Below, piece by piece: positions 8,134 through 15,667 of a stretch of DNA of 41,470 nt. The stretch spans positions 1 to 41,470 of the IMG/VR virus record IMGVR_UViG_2690316195_000001; one strand, given 5' to 3'. Position 1 is the first letter of the stretch, and every line of letters begins with the position of its first letter. The DNA is from a virus. Its lineage: Duplodnaviria; Heunggongvirae; Uroviricota; Caudoviricetes. The translations under genes were made by a program, and so were the position numbers. The notes beneath the pieces were generated by a model. It had not been told where the DNA came from. It was given only the letters and a program-made list of their open reading frames with translations, and did not search any database.

Positions 8134-8496
8134 TTATTTTGTCAGGGGGATATCTCCTTCAGTTCTGACCATTCGCCTTAATACTTTCCTTAAGTCGATG
8201 TAAAGTTGAAGGTCTCCATTTGCTGCGGCATCAGCCATTTTTTGCCTGACAAGCAGTAATGTTTCATACGGCTCAATAAGAATATCGTCATGAGTAATTA
8301 GGTGAAGCGTTGCCGCATCAACTATTCCTAGAGCTGCGCCAAGTATCAAAAATTCCCTGCTATTTTTGTCGCATGAGGAGATAAGCGTATTTAGCGCATA
8401 CCTAATATTCTTTATAGCTGTTGTTAATGCTGCAATTTCTTCTATGGCGTCTTCTTCAATGAGCTTTTTAAGCTCATATTTTTCTTCCTGACCCAT
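8134..8496 (-). CDS. Hypothetical protein (120 aa), AT-rich island gene C, immediately downstream of N
   Basis: Track ORF trimmed to MGQEEKYELKK with GAGG RBS; no recognisable domain. Confidence 0.5.
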   Translation of the reverse strand: MGQEEKYELKKLIEEDAIEEIAALTTAIKNIRYALNTLISSCDKNSREFLILGAALGIVDAATLHLITHDDILIEPYETLLLVRQKMADAAANGDLQLYIDLRKVLRRMVRTEGDIPLTK

Positions 8497-8498
8497 AA

Positions 8499-8771
8499 TT
8501 ACCTCGCCGTCAGTTGTTTTGATTTCCGGTAGCCTGCCGCGTAAATAGCTACGTTTGGCAGGCAAATACTTCCACTGCATTCATCTGCCTTCTTGCAGCG
8601 AAGGCTTCCGAGTGATGCTGCTTTATCTGCTCTGACGCAACCAGAGAGCTTTAGCGCAATTTTTCGCGCCAGTCGCTGCTCTTGCATTGCCTGTTCACGT
8701 TGAGCCTGTCTGCGTGCTCTGCGGCGATTTCTGGCGTTATCGTCAGCCAGATATGTAATGACTACTGTCAT
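8499..8771 (-). CDS. N: N-like transcription antiterminator (P22 gp24 type)
   Basis: Arg-rich N-terminus (NARNRRRARRQAQREQ) and C-terminus ...LPNVAIYAAGYRKSKQLTAR resembling P22 gp24 as recalled; GGAGG RBS; downstream of nutL. Confidence 0.8.
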   Translation of the reverse strand: MTVVITYLADDNARNRRRARRQAQREQAMQEQRLARKIALKLSGCVRADKAASLGSLRCKKADECSGSICLPNVAIYAAGYRKSKQLTAR

Positions 8772-9084
8772 GTTGACCTCCGATGAAACAACTTTGGAAT
8801 TTTTTTTATTACAAAGTGGTTTCCTTCCCCGCCAATTAGACGGGGATGGAAGAGCATTTATGAGCCTTTATGGACTCTGCTCGATCAGTTCTATTTAATT
8901 AATCTCTCAATTGAATGTAAGTATTCACATAAATCCTCCTACCTCTTGTGCAGCTTTCTTGAATATGGTGGCGGCTGCATAACGCCTATGGAATTGACTT
9001 TGGCGGTGACGCGCCGGGTGCTTATCTTCCGGTTGCCGTCGTGCAGCTGCACTTCACGTCACCCCAAAGCCAACTACTCTTTGG

Positions 9085-9127
9085 TTCCCGCATTTCGGCG
9101 GGACAATCCCATCAATGTTAAAGAGCC
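9085..9127 (-). promoter_or_regulatory. nutL (boxA GGCTCTTTAA plus boxB hairpin)
   Basis: Minus-strand boxB is identical to the nutR boxB core (TTCCCGCCGAAATGCGGGAA); boxA-like 10-mer sits 14 nt upstream with the same spacing as nutR. Confidence 0.6.
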
Positions 9128-9173
9128 TTCCAATCTGTTCCGTTTGGCTACCAGCGTCCTGCTGATGGCTAAA

Positions 9174-9260
9174 GAATACTGTAGGTATTTTATTGTGTAA
9201 ATACCCAAGGTATTTATTTTTGATGAAATAATGATAAGCAAATGAATACAAAGGATATTT
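9174..9260. promoter_or_regulatory. OL operator cluster / pL region: three 17-bp sites
   Basis: GAATACTGTAGGTATTT (9174-9190), AAATACCCAAGGTATTT (9199-9215, perfect inverted repeat), GAATACAAAGGATATTT (9244-9260); same half-site consensus as OR. Confidence 0.6.
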
Positions 9261-9345
9261 ATTTCTTTCGGTGTCTGCTTGTTCAGTGCTTTTTTGCGGG
9301 ATATGTGAAGTGTATCCCGATAGCTATTGCTGCCGGGATTATAGG

Positions 9346-9714
9346 TTAGTCAGCGAAGGTTAAGACGAGAATTACCTTAATGATGTCTGCTACAACAGAC
9401 ACGGCCATAGATAAACCAAAGACGATCCAAGCCACAGTGATGTCTTCACTACCATCGTATAGAGTTCCGTAATCACTGGTGTAAGGCGTAAATGTCGCGC
9501 CTTGATACAATAGGTATAAGCTTGATCCATAGAGGATAAATGCAGATATCCCTTGTATTGCTATGATCACAAGAATCATGAAACGAGCTGATCTATGCGC
9601 CCAAGCCTGGCTTATTTTTTCTGATAGAGATTTCGCAATAAAAGCATGCGCTAAGCCGTAAATTGTCGAGATTGCCAACATCCCAAAAAAGCTTGCTATA
9701 GCGGTTCCAACCAT
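9346..9714 (-). CDS. Small multi-pass membrane protein co-transcribed downstream of cI (122 aa from the ATG at 9714; a TTG at 9735 is an alternative start)
   Basis: Three to four hydrophobic helices; AAGGGG RBS before the ATG at 9714; stop of cI directly upstream on the same strand. Confidence 0.6.
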   Translation of the reverse strand: MVGTAIASFFGMLAISTIYGLAHAFIAKSLSEKISQAWAHRSARFMILVIIAIQGISAFILYGSSLYLLYQGATFTPYTSDYGTLYDGSEDITVAWIVFGLSMAVSVVADIIKVILVLTFAD

Positions 9715-9731
9715 AAGCGCCCCTTGCGTGA

Positions 9732-10448
9732 TCAAACCAGCCTTAGTTTTGTCTCAATTGCAACGCCTATAATCTTGCAGTTTCCATTGATTGGCACGAG
9801 AGGCCATGCAGGATTAAGTCCCTTGAGGTATTTATTTCCGCCGTCGATTATCAGCTTCTTGAATGTTGCTTCGTTAGAGTCAGAAAGTTTTGCTATGACC
9901 AAGCTGCCGTTGATCGCCTCCCTTCCGGTATCGAAAAGAACGAATGTTCCCTCTGGAATGCTTAACCCAACCGGTGCCGTCATTGAATCACCTTCCACTT
10001 TAAGCCAAAACGCATTACCTTGAATATGCGCGTCAGACTCAAGCCAAACATCTATGTCTTTAATGGTGTATGGTTCGCATGCTTCACACCACGAGCCAGC
10101 CTGGATACTGCTTAACACCGGATACCTCTTTCCTGCTCTGTATTCCCCTGCATACCTTACGTTGGCATCGCTCTTAAGGCTTTCTGCCTGTTCTGCAACC
10201 TTGGCAGCAATTGACTGGCTAAAATCAGCAATTGAGACTTGCAACAATCGTGCAAAACCAGATGCAACCTCAACGTTTAGCGCATTTCTGCCATTAAGAT
10301 AATGCCCTACCGCTCCTTGGGTGATACCCAGTTCATCAGCGATTGAGTATTGGGTTATTCCCAATTCTTTCTTTTTTGACTCATACAAAGCCTTAAGCCG
10401 CTTAGCGTCTTCGAGCTGTTCTGTCGTCAGTGATTTTTTATTTTCCAT
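9732..10448 (-). CDS. cI: CI-type prophage repressor (LexA-like autocleaving)
   Basis: 238 aa with strong similarity to lambda cI by recall ([20 protein letters not shown]...; FWLEVEGNSMTAP; FKKLI); Ala-Gly cleavage site (QAG) and Ser/Lys catalytic motifs present. Confidence 0.95.
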   Translation of the reverse strand: MENKKSLTTEQLEDAKRLKALYESKKKELGITQYSIADELGITQGAVGHYLNGRNALNVEVASGFARLLQVSIADFSQSIAAKVAEQAESLKSDANVRYAGEYRAGKRYPVLSSIQAGSWCEACEPYTIKDIDVWLESDAHIQGNAFWLKVEGDSMTAPVGLSIPEGTFVLFDTGREAINGSLVIAKLSDSNEATFKKLIIDGGNKYLKGLNPAWPLVPINGNCKIIGVAIETKLRLV

Positions 10449-10458
10449 AGCTTAATTC

Positions 10459-10524
10459 TAATAGCTAAGGTACTTAAACTAAAAATACCCTGAGTATTGA
10501 TTGCTTTGAATACCTGTAGTATTC
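10459..10524. promoter_or_regulatory. OR operator cluster with pR/pRM: OR1 GAATACCTGTAGTATTC (10508-10524), OR2 AAATACCCTGAGTATTG (10483-10499), tentative OR3 (10459-10475)
   Basis: Perfect 17-bp palindrome plus a second site 25 bp away (centre to centre) in the cI-cro intergenic region; candidate pR -35 TTGATT (10497-10502). Confidence 0.7.
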
Positions 10525-10554
10525 TTTGTTCATGGTTAATAACGGAGAGTGCAT

Positions 10555-10749
10555 ATGATTCGAATGACACTTGCCGATTACGCCAAAATCCATGGACAGG
10601 CTAAAGCAGCCAGTGACTTTGGTGTAATCCAGTGCGCTATCAGCAAGGCCATTCTGGCAGGCCGTAACATCATGGTTACGGTAAAGCCTGATGGCAGTGT
10701 GATTGGAGAGGAAGTTCGTCCTTTCCCAAGCAACAAGAAAAACAAATAG
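10555..10749 (+). CDS. cro: Cro repressor
   Basis: 64 aa, [24 protein letters not shown]...[18 protein letters not shown] closely resembles lambda Cro; GGAGAG RBS; start trimmed from the track GTG to the ATG at 10555. Confidence 0.9.
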   Translation: MIRMTLADYAKIHGQAKAASDFGVIQCAISKAILAGRNIMVTVKPDGSVIGEEVRPFPSNKKNK

Positions 10750-10755
10750 TAACAC

Positions 10756-10801
10756 CGCTCTTTAACAGTCATGGTCCTCATTCCCGCCGAAATGCGGGAA
10801 T
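10756..10801 (+). promoter_or_regulatory. nutR (boxA CGCTCTTTA plus boxB hairpin)
   Basis: boxA at 10756-10764; 8-bp stem ATTCCCGC/GCGGGAAT with 6-nt loop at 10780-10801, no T-tract, so not a terminator. Confidence 0.65.
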
Positions 10802-10856
10802 ACAACGCGCATAAGTTGATGCGCATAACTCTTATTTGTTAAGGAAATACTTACAT

Positions 10857-11135
10857 ATGGAACTTACAAGTACTCGCAAGAAAGCGAATGCAATTACAAG
10901 CAACATCCTGAATCGAATTGCTGTACGTGGTCAGCGAAAGGTTGCCGACGCGTTAGGGATTAATGAATCGCAAATTTCGCGATGGAAAGACAGCTTCATC
11001 CCAAAAATGGGAATGCTTCTGGCTGTTCTTGAATGGGGTGTTGAAGACGAGGAGTTGGCGGAACTGGCTAAGAAAGTAGCCAGAATGCTGACAAAAGAAA
11101 AAGCCCCGAAGAACGGCGAATTCTTCGAGGCCTGA
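10857..11135 (+). CDS. cII: CII transcriptional activator
   Basis: ...SQISRWKDSFIPKMGMLLAVLEWGVEDEELAELAKKVA matches lambda CII (SQISRWKRDWIPKFSMLLAVLEWGV); start set at the ATG at 10857. Confidence 0.9.
   Translation: MELTSTRKKANAITSNILNRIAVRGQRKVADALGINESQISRWKDSFIPKMGMLLAVLEWGVEDEELAELAKKVARMLTKEKAPKNGEFFEA
11093..11130 (-). terminator. oop-like antisense terminator overlapping the 3' end of cII
   Basis: Minus-strand hairpin (stem CGAAGAA/TTCTTCG extendable to 9-10 bp) followed by a TTTTTCTTTT tract; same position as the lambda oop terminator. Confidence 0.5.
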
Positions 11136-11169
11136 TGTAGAAAGACTGGATCAATCCACAGGAGTAATT

Positions 11170-11331
11170 ATGACAAAACGTCGTAAGAAATACCAGGAAA
11201 AAGAAGAGATTCGACACCCTGATTCACCTGAGGGATTAGTGGTAGCCGCAGCAAATAACAGGGCGTTCGCAGAGCGCCTTGTTGGTGTTTACAGGCTAGC
11301 CAAAGCAGGAGTGAAACATGGGCGTCGTTAA
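11170..11331 (+). CDS. Possible small basic protein (53 aa), not in the ORF track
   Basis: ATG with AGGAG RBS at 11160-11164; MTKRRKKYQEKEE...; overlaps the start of the replication gene by 14 nt. Confidence 0.3.
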   Translation: MTKRRKKYQEKEEIRHPDSPEGLVVAAANNRAFAERLVGVYRLAKAGVKHGRR

Positions 11332-12208
11332 GTTAGCTGATTACAGGCATAACCCTGTACAACATCAGGAGGCATCCAGTATGGGGTATGTCTCTATACA
11401 CCGCCAGTTTATGGACAGCAGGCTCTATAAGGACTCTCAGGCAGTACATCTTTGGCTTCACTTAATCCTCAAGGCTAATCACGAATCTACTGTCGTCAAT
11501 ACGGATATCGGTCCGATAACTGTTGATCGCGGTCAGATGATAACTGGACGCCCGTCGCTGGTCAGAGAAACATTCATCCCCGACAACAAAGTTCGGAGCT
11601 TATTACGGACTTTTGAGTCGAAAGGGATGCTTAATATTTGCTCGATGGGGAAGAAATTTAGCCTGTTTACAATCGTTAAATATGACGATTTTCAGGCAAA
11701 AAATTGTCCAACGGTTGTCCAACGGTTGTCCAACGCAAACACCAGTAATGGCGCGGCTCTCAGTGGAGATTGTCCAACGGTTGTCCAACGGTTGTCCATA
11801 AACAATAATATAAATAATATCTCTAATACTGACGTATTAGAGAGTGCCACAGCAGACAAAAAGTCTGACAAGAAAAAACCTCCCGTCAGCTGTCAGGATG
11901 TTGTCGATGCTTACCACGAAATCATTCCTGAAGCGCCAAGAATCCGCGCACTGAATGACAAGCGTAAAAACCAGATCCGAACGTTCTGGCGCAAAGCCGG
12001 AGTGATAACCCGCCAGCTTGACGGACATGGGTTCACGATGCAGGACTGGAGAAATTATTTGAGCTACGTAGGCGAAAATTGCCGATGGATGTTCGAAGAG
12101 CGTCCAAACCATCAACGCGGAACCGTCTGGCACAAAAAGGGATTTGATTTCCTGCTTAACGATAATACCTACCTGAAAGTTCGTGAGGGTGAACACGATG
12201 ACCGATAA
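11318..12208 (+). CDS. Replication initiator (O-like) with internal origin iterons; alternative start at 11381
   Basis: Position after cII, iterons inside the coding sequence as in lambda O, ATGA-type overlap with the helicase gene; the C-terminal DnaT-like call is tentative. Confidence 0.75.
   Translation: MGVVKLADYRHNPVQHQEASSMGYVSIHRQFMDSRLYKDSQAVHLWLHLILKANHESTVVNTDIGPITVDRGQMITGRPSLVRETFIPDNKVRSLLRTFESKGMLNICSMGKKFSLFTIVKYDDFQAKNCPTVVQRLSNANTSNGAALSGDCPTVVQRLSINNNINNISNTDVLESATADKKSDKKKPPVSCQDVVDAYHEIIPEAPRIRALNDKRKNQIRTFWRKAGVITRQLDGHGFTMQDWRNYLSYVGENCRWMFEERPNHQRGTVWHKKGFDFLLNDNTYLKVREGEHDDR
11704..11800. repeat. Origin iterons: six copies of TTGTCCAACGG in two triplets, followed by an AT-rich tract
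   Basis: Direct 11-bp repeats at 11704-11736 and 11770-11800, encoding the repeated peptide CPTVVQRLS, then an AT-rich stretch to about 11830. Confidence 0.75.
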
Positions 12209-13634
12209 TTTTTATGCGCCGCCCCATAGCATCGAGGCAGAGCAGGCGGTGATTGGTGGATTGCTTCTGGATGATGACAGCAGTGAGCGCGTCCAGAAAG
12301 TTCTGGCGATGCTGAAGCCTGATTCATTTTACAGCCGACCACACAAAATCCTTTTCGAAGAAATAACCAGAATGCACCGGGAGCAAAAGCCAGTAGATGG
12401 CCTGACGCTTTTCGATGAACTGGAGCGTAAATCGTTAACGGCGTCTGTTGGCGGTTTTGCTTATATCGCTGAGATCGCAAAGAACACGCCAAGCGCAGCA
12501 AACATTGTTGCCTATGCAATGCAGGTTCGTGAAACCGCAATGGAACGCTACGCCATCAACCGCATGACTGAAGCGACGGAATTGCTCTATTCCCGCAACG
12601 GAATGACTGCAACGCAGAAGTACGAAGCTATTCAGGCGATTTTCACGCAACTGACAGACCATGCAAAAACCGGATCGCGTCGCGGCCTTCGCTCATTTGG
12701 TGAGGTCATGGAAGACTGGGTTAGCGACCTTGAGAAGCGATTTGACCCGTCAGGCGAACAACGAGGAATGAGCACAGGGATCCCATCTCTGGACAGGATG
12801 CTGTCACCGAAAGGTCTGGTGAAAGGCTCTCTGTTCGTCATTGGCGCTCGCCCTAAGATGGGGAAAACGACGCTATACAGCCAGATGGCAATCAACTGCG
12901 CAGTGCATGAGAAAAAGCCCGCTCTGATGTTCAGTCTTGAAATGCCAGGCGACCAGATACTGGAAAAGCTGGTAGGACAGAAGTCAGGTGTTAACCCGAA
13001 TATTTTTTACCTTCCGGCGACAAATGACGCTGATGACGGCTATCAGGGTGATTACGATGGTGACTTCAACAGGGCGATAGAAACAGCAAATCGCTTGAGT
13101 GAAATCGACATGCTTTACATCGACGACACGCCGGGATTATCTCTGGCTCAAATCGTCAGCGAAAGCCGTCGAATCAAGCGAGAAAAAGGATGTGTTGGCA
13201 TGATTCTGGTCGATTACCTGACACTAATGACCGCTGAGAAGGCCGATCGCAACGACCTTGCTTACGGCATGATCACCAAAGGACTGAAGAACCTTGCCAA
13301 AGAGCTTGATTGCGTTGTTGTGCTTCTGACGCAGCTTAACCGCGCATTGGAAAGCCGAACCAATAAACGCCCATTACCAAGTGACTCGCGAGATACAGGG
13401 CAGATTGAACAGGATTGCGATTATTGGGTTGGGATCCATCGGGAAGGTGCTTTTGATGACAGCGTTCCTCCTGGTGAAACCGAACTAATCCTTCGCCTCA
13501 ATCGTCATGGCAATACCGGCACGGTGTATTGCATACAGGCAAATGGCGCTATTTATGACACAGACCAACAGTCTGCTGAAATGCGCCGCCGTGAACGCGA
13601 GGAACCGCAGTCCAAGAAGAAAGGAGGATTCTGA
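12198..13634 (+). CDS. DnaB-family replicative helicase (P22 gp12 analogue)
   Basis: 478 aa with N-terminal DnaB domain (SIEAEQAVIGGLLLD), Walker A (GARPKMGKT) and RecA-like core; GAGGG RBS; start overlaps the stop of the initiator. Confidence 0.9.
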   Translation: MTDNFYAPPHSIEAEQAVIGGLLLDDDSSERVQKVLAMLKPDSFYSRPHKILFEEITRMHREQKPVDGLTLFDELERKSLTASVGGFAYIAEIAKNTPSAANIVAYAMQVRETAMERYAINRMTEATELLYSRNGMTATQKYEAIQAIFTQLTDHAKTGSRRGLRSFGEVMEDWVSDLEKRFDPSGEQRGMSTGIPSLDRMLSPKGLVKGSLFVIGARPKMGKTTLYSQMAINCAVHEKKPALMFSLEMPGDQILEKLVGQKSGVNPNIFYLPATNDADDGYQGDYDGDFNRAIETANRLSEIDMLYIDDTPGLSLAQIVSESRRIKREKGCVGMILVDYLTLMTAEKADRNDLAYGMITKGLKNLAKELDCVVVLLTQLNRALESRTNKRPLPSDSRDTGQIEQDCDYWVGIHREGAFDDSVPPGETELILRLNRHGNTGTVYCIQANGAIYDTDQQSAEMRRREREEPQSKKKGGF

Positions 13635-13662
13635 TGACCATCTACATCACTGAGCTAATAAC

Positions 13663-13694
13663 AGGCCTGCTGGTAATCGCAGGCCTTTTTATTT
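13663..13694 (+). terminator. Rho-independent terminator after the replication genes (tR2-like)
   Basis: 8-bp stem AGGCCTGC/GCAGGCCT, 8-nt loop, then TTTTATTT. Confidence 0.6.
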
Positions 13695-13709
13695 GGGGGA
13701 GAGTAAATC

Positions 13710-13916
13710 GTGGTTGAGTTGATTTTCTCTGCATTGAGGCTTCTCGGTGCTCTGTGGATGGTGGCGACGTTCATTGTGGTTGCTGGCTGTTTTGTCCGGT
13801 TGGTAGGCGAAGGTAAAGACCTGGTGGGTGTGCTTTTCGGTAGCATTTTCCTGTGGGTGATTATCGGTGTTATGCCTGTCGCTGTAGCAAAAATGGCGTG
13901 GCGTTTTGTGAGTTGA
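13710..13916 (+). CDS. Small hydrophobic membrane protein (68 aa, GTG start)
   Basis: Track ORF with GGGGGAGAG RBS; two predicted TM segments. Confidence 0.45.
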   Translation: MVELIFSALRLLGALWMVATFIVVAGCFVRLVGEGKDLVGVLFGSIFLWVIIGVMPVAVAKMAWRFVS

Positions 13917-13933
13917 GCTGAGGGTAAGTACCG

Positions 13934-14209
13934 ATGGACGAATCAAGAAAGCAGTTTTTGGAGTTCGCGAAAAAGCAAAATTTAAGCCTTGCATATGGTG
14001 ATTGCGGGTATGTTTATTCATCCACGGAAATGGCATGGAGGGCATGGCAGGCATCTCGCGCAGCTATTGAAATAACCACGCCAAAGTTTATCGACAGCAG
14101 AGAAGCATTAGCCAAAGGGTTTACTGTTGATTATTCCAATGGCTTCGGTGATGCAATGGATGCTTATGAGGAAAACATCCGCGCTGCTGGAGTCAAAGTG
14201 AAGGAGTGA
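13934..14209 (+). CDS. Hypothetical nin-region protein (91 aa)
   Basis: Track ORF with GAGGG RBS. Confidence 0.55.
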   Translation: MDESRKQFLEFAKKQNLSLAYGDCGYVYSSTEMAWRAWQASRAAIEITTPKFIDSREALAKGFTVDYSNGFGDAMDAYEENIRAAGVKVKE

Positions 14210-14211
14210 GT

Positions 14212-14376
14212 ATGAGCGCATACGAAGAAATCATGTTAGCCCTGCGATTCTTTTTCGGTGTGGAAGAAGATGAAAACGTAAATGAGATTATCGGGCAAGA
14301 CCATGACCCGATAGGGACTATTGCAGCTGCACTTGACGATTACAGGAGCGTAAATGGTGAGGAAACTAACGTTTGA
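14212..14376 (+). CDS. Possible small protein (54 aa), not in the ORF track
   Basis: ATG 6 nt after an AAGGAG RBS; overlaps the ninB start by 23 nt. Confidence 0.3.
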   Translation: MSAYEEIMLALRFFFGVEEDENVNEIIGQDHDPIGTIAAALDDYRSVNGEETNV

Positions 14377-14797
14377 ACTAAGAAGCCCCATCCATCAGCA
14401 GAACGCCATTCAAGCTATCCAGCAAATCCTTCCAGACCCAACCAAACCAATCGTAGTAACCATTCAGGAACGCAACCGCAGCTTAGACCAAAACAGGAAG
14501 CTATGGGCCTGCTTAGGTGACGTCTCTCGTCAGGTTGAATGGCATGGTCGCTGGCTGGATGCAGAAAGCTGGAAGTGTGTGTTTACCGCAGCATTAAAGC
14601 AGCAGGATGTTGTTCCTAACCTTGCCGGGAATGGCTTTGTGGTAATAGGCCAGTCAACCAGCAGGATGCGTGTAAGCGAATTTGCGGAGCTATTAGAGCT
14701 TATACAGGCATTCGGTACAGAGCGTGGCGTTAAGTGGTCAGACGAAGCGCGACTGGCTCTCGAATGGAAAGCGCGATGGGGAGATCGGGCTGCATGA
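14354..14797 (+). CDS. ninB: NinB (Orf-family recombination mediator)
   Basis: Near-identical to lambda NinB by recall (KLTFE.RSP.HQQNAI.A.QQILPDPTKPIVVTIQERNRSLDQNRKLWACLGDVSRQVEWHGRWLD...). Confidence 0.9.
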   Translation: MVRKLTFELRSPIHQQNAIQAIQQILPDPTKPIVVTIQERNRSLDQNRKLWACLGDVSRQVEWHGRWLDAESWKCVFTAALKQQDVVPNLAGNGFVVIGQSTSRMRVSEFAELLELIQAFGTERGVKWSDEARLALEWKARWGDRAA

Positions 14798-15321
14798 CTA
14801 TCAAATCAAATACGCCAGCACACGACAAGGACTGCTGGCAAACGCCGCTTTGGCTTTTTGATGCACTGGATATTGAGTTTGGATTCTGGCTGGATTCGGC
14901 AGCGAGCGACAAAAATGCTCTGTGCGCTCACTGGCTAACTGAGGCCGACGACGCGCTCAATTCTGAGTGGATAAGCTACGGTGCAATCTGGAATAACCCA
15001 CCTTACAGCAATATCAGACCGTGGGTGGAAAAAGCCGCTGAGCAGTGCATACAACAGCGACAGGCGGTAGTGATGCTTGTGCCAGAGGATATGTCAGTCG
15101 GATGGTTCAGCAAGGCTCTGGAGAGTGTCGACGAAGTTCGCATTATCACTGATGGACGGATTAATTTTATCGAACCATCGACAGGGCTGGAGAAGAAGGG
15201 AAACAGCAAAGGCTCCATGCTGCTGATTTGGCGACCGTTCATCAGTCCTCGACGGATGTTTACTACCGTATCCAAAGCGGCATTGATGGCGATCGGGCAG
15301 GGCGTCAGGAGGGCGGCGTGA
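14794..15321 (+). CDS. Phage Dam-like DNA N6-adenine methyltransferase
   Basis: 175 aa from [22 protein letters not shown]; catalytic NPPY motif (IWNNPPYSN); ATGA overlap with ninB. Confidence 0.8.
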   Translation: MTIKSNTPAHDKDCWQTPLWLFDALDIEFGFWLDSAASDKNALCAHWLTEADDALNSEWISYGAIWNNPPYSNIRPWVEKAAEQCIQQRQAVVMLVPEDMSVGWFSKALESVDEVRIITDGRINFIEPSTGLEKKGNSKGSMLLIWRPFISPRRMFTTVSKAALMAIGQGVRRAA

Positions 15322-15500
15322 GGCGACAGCGACGAAGTATCACCGACATCATCTGCGAAAACTGCAAATACCTTCCAACGAAGCGCTCCAGAAATAAACG
15401 CAAGCCAATCCCAAAAGAATCTGACGTAAAAACCTTCAACTACACGGCTCACCTGTGGGATATCCGGTGGCTTAGAGAACGTGCGAGGAAAACAAGGTGA
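15318..15500 (+). CDS. ninE: NinE
   Basis: GTG start; [51 protein letters not shown] matches lambda NinE by recall. Confidence 0.8.
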   Translation: MRRQRRSITDIICENCKYLPTKRSRNKRKPIPKESDVKTFNYTAHLWDIRWLRERARKTR

Positions 15501-15667
15501 TTGACCCAAATCGAAGTTACGAACAAGAAAGCGTCGAGCGGGCTTTAACGTGCGCTAACTGCGGTCAGAAGCTGCATGTGCTGGAAGTTCACGTGTGCTC
15601 AGATTGCTGCGCAGAACTGATGAGCGATCCGAATAGCTCAATGTACGAGGAAGAAGACGATGAATGA
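15497..15667 (+). CDS. ninF: NinF (56 aa, GTG start), not in the ORF track
   Basis: [33 protein letters not shown]...[14 protein letters not shown] matches lambda NinF by recall; GTGA overlap with ninE. Confidence 0.7.
   Translation: MIDPNRSYEQESVERALTCANCGQKLHVLEVHVCSDCCAELMSDPNSSMYEEEDDE

Noticed and set aside
8946-9251. ORFs 8946..9200 (+) and 9054..9251 (-) in the pL/nutL leader
   Set aside because: They span the OL operators and the nutL boxB hairpin and have no RBS; the region is better explained as regulatory leader.
11704-11800. Short direct repeats considered as a CRISPR array
   Set aside because: The 11-bp units are contiguous with no spacers and lie inside the replication initiator gene; they are origin iterons.
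12169-13100. Antisense ORFs within the helicase gene (12169..12540, 12435..12662, 12632..12895)
   Set aside because: All lie opposite a well-supported DnaB-family CDS with no independent signals.
13634-13717. 27-aa ORF starting at the helicase stop (MTIYITELITGLLVIAGLFIWGRVNRG)
   Set aside because: Its coding sequence is almost entirely the terminator hairpin and T-tract; more likely terminator sequence than a gene, although translational coupling (TGATG) cannot be excluded.
15003-15509. 168-aa minus-strand ORF overlapping the Dam methyltransferase and ninE
   Set aside because: Antisense to two recognisable, translationally coupled plus-strand genes; no RBS.
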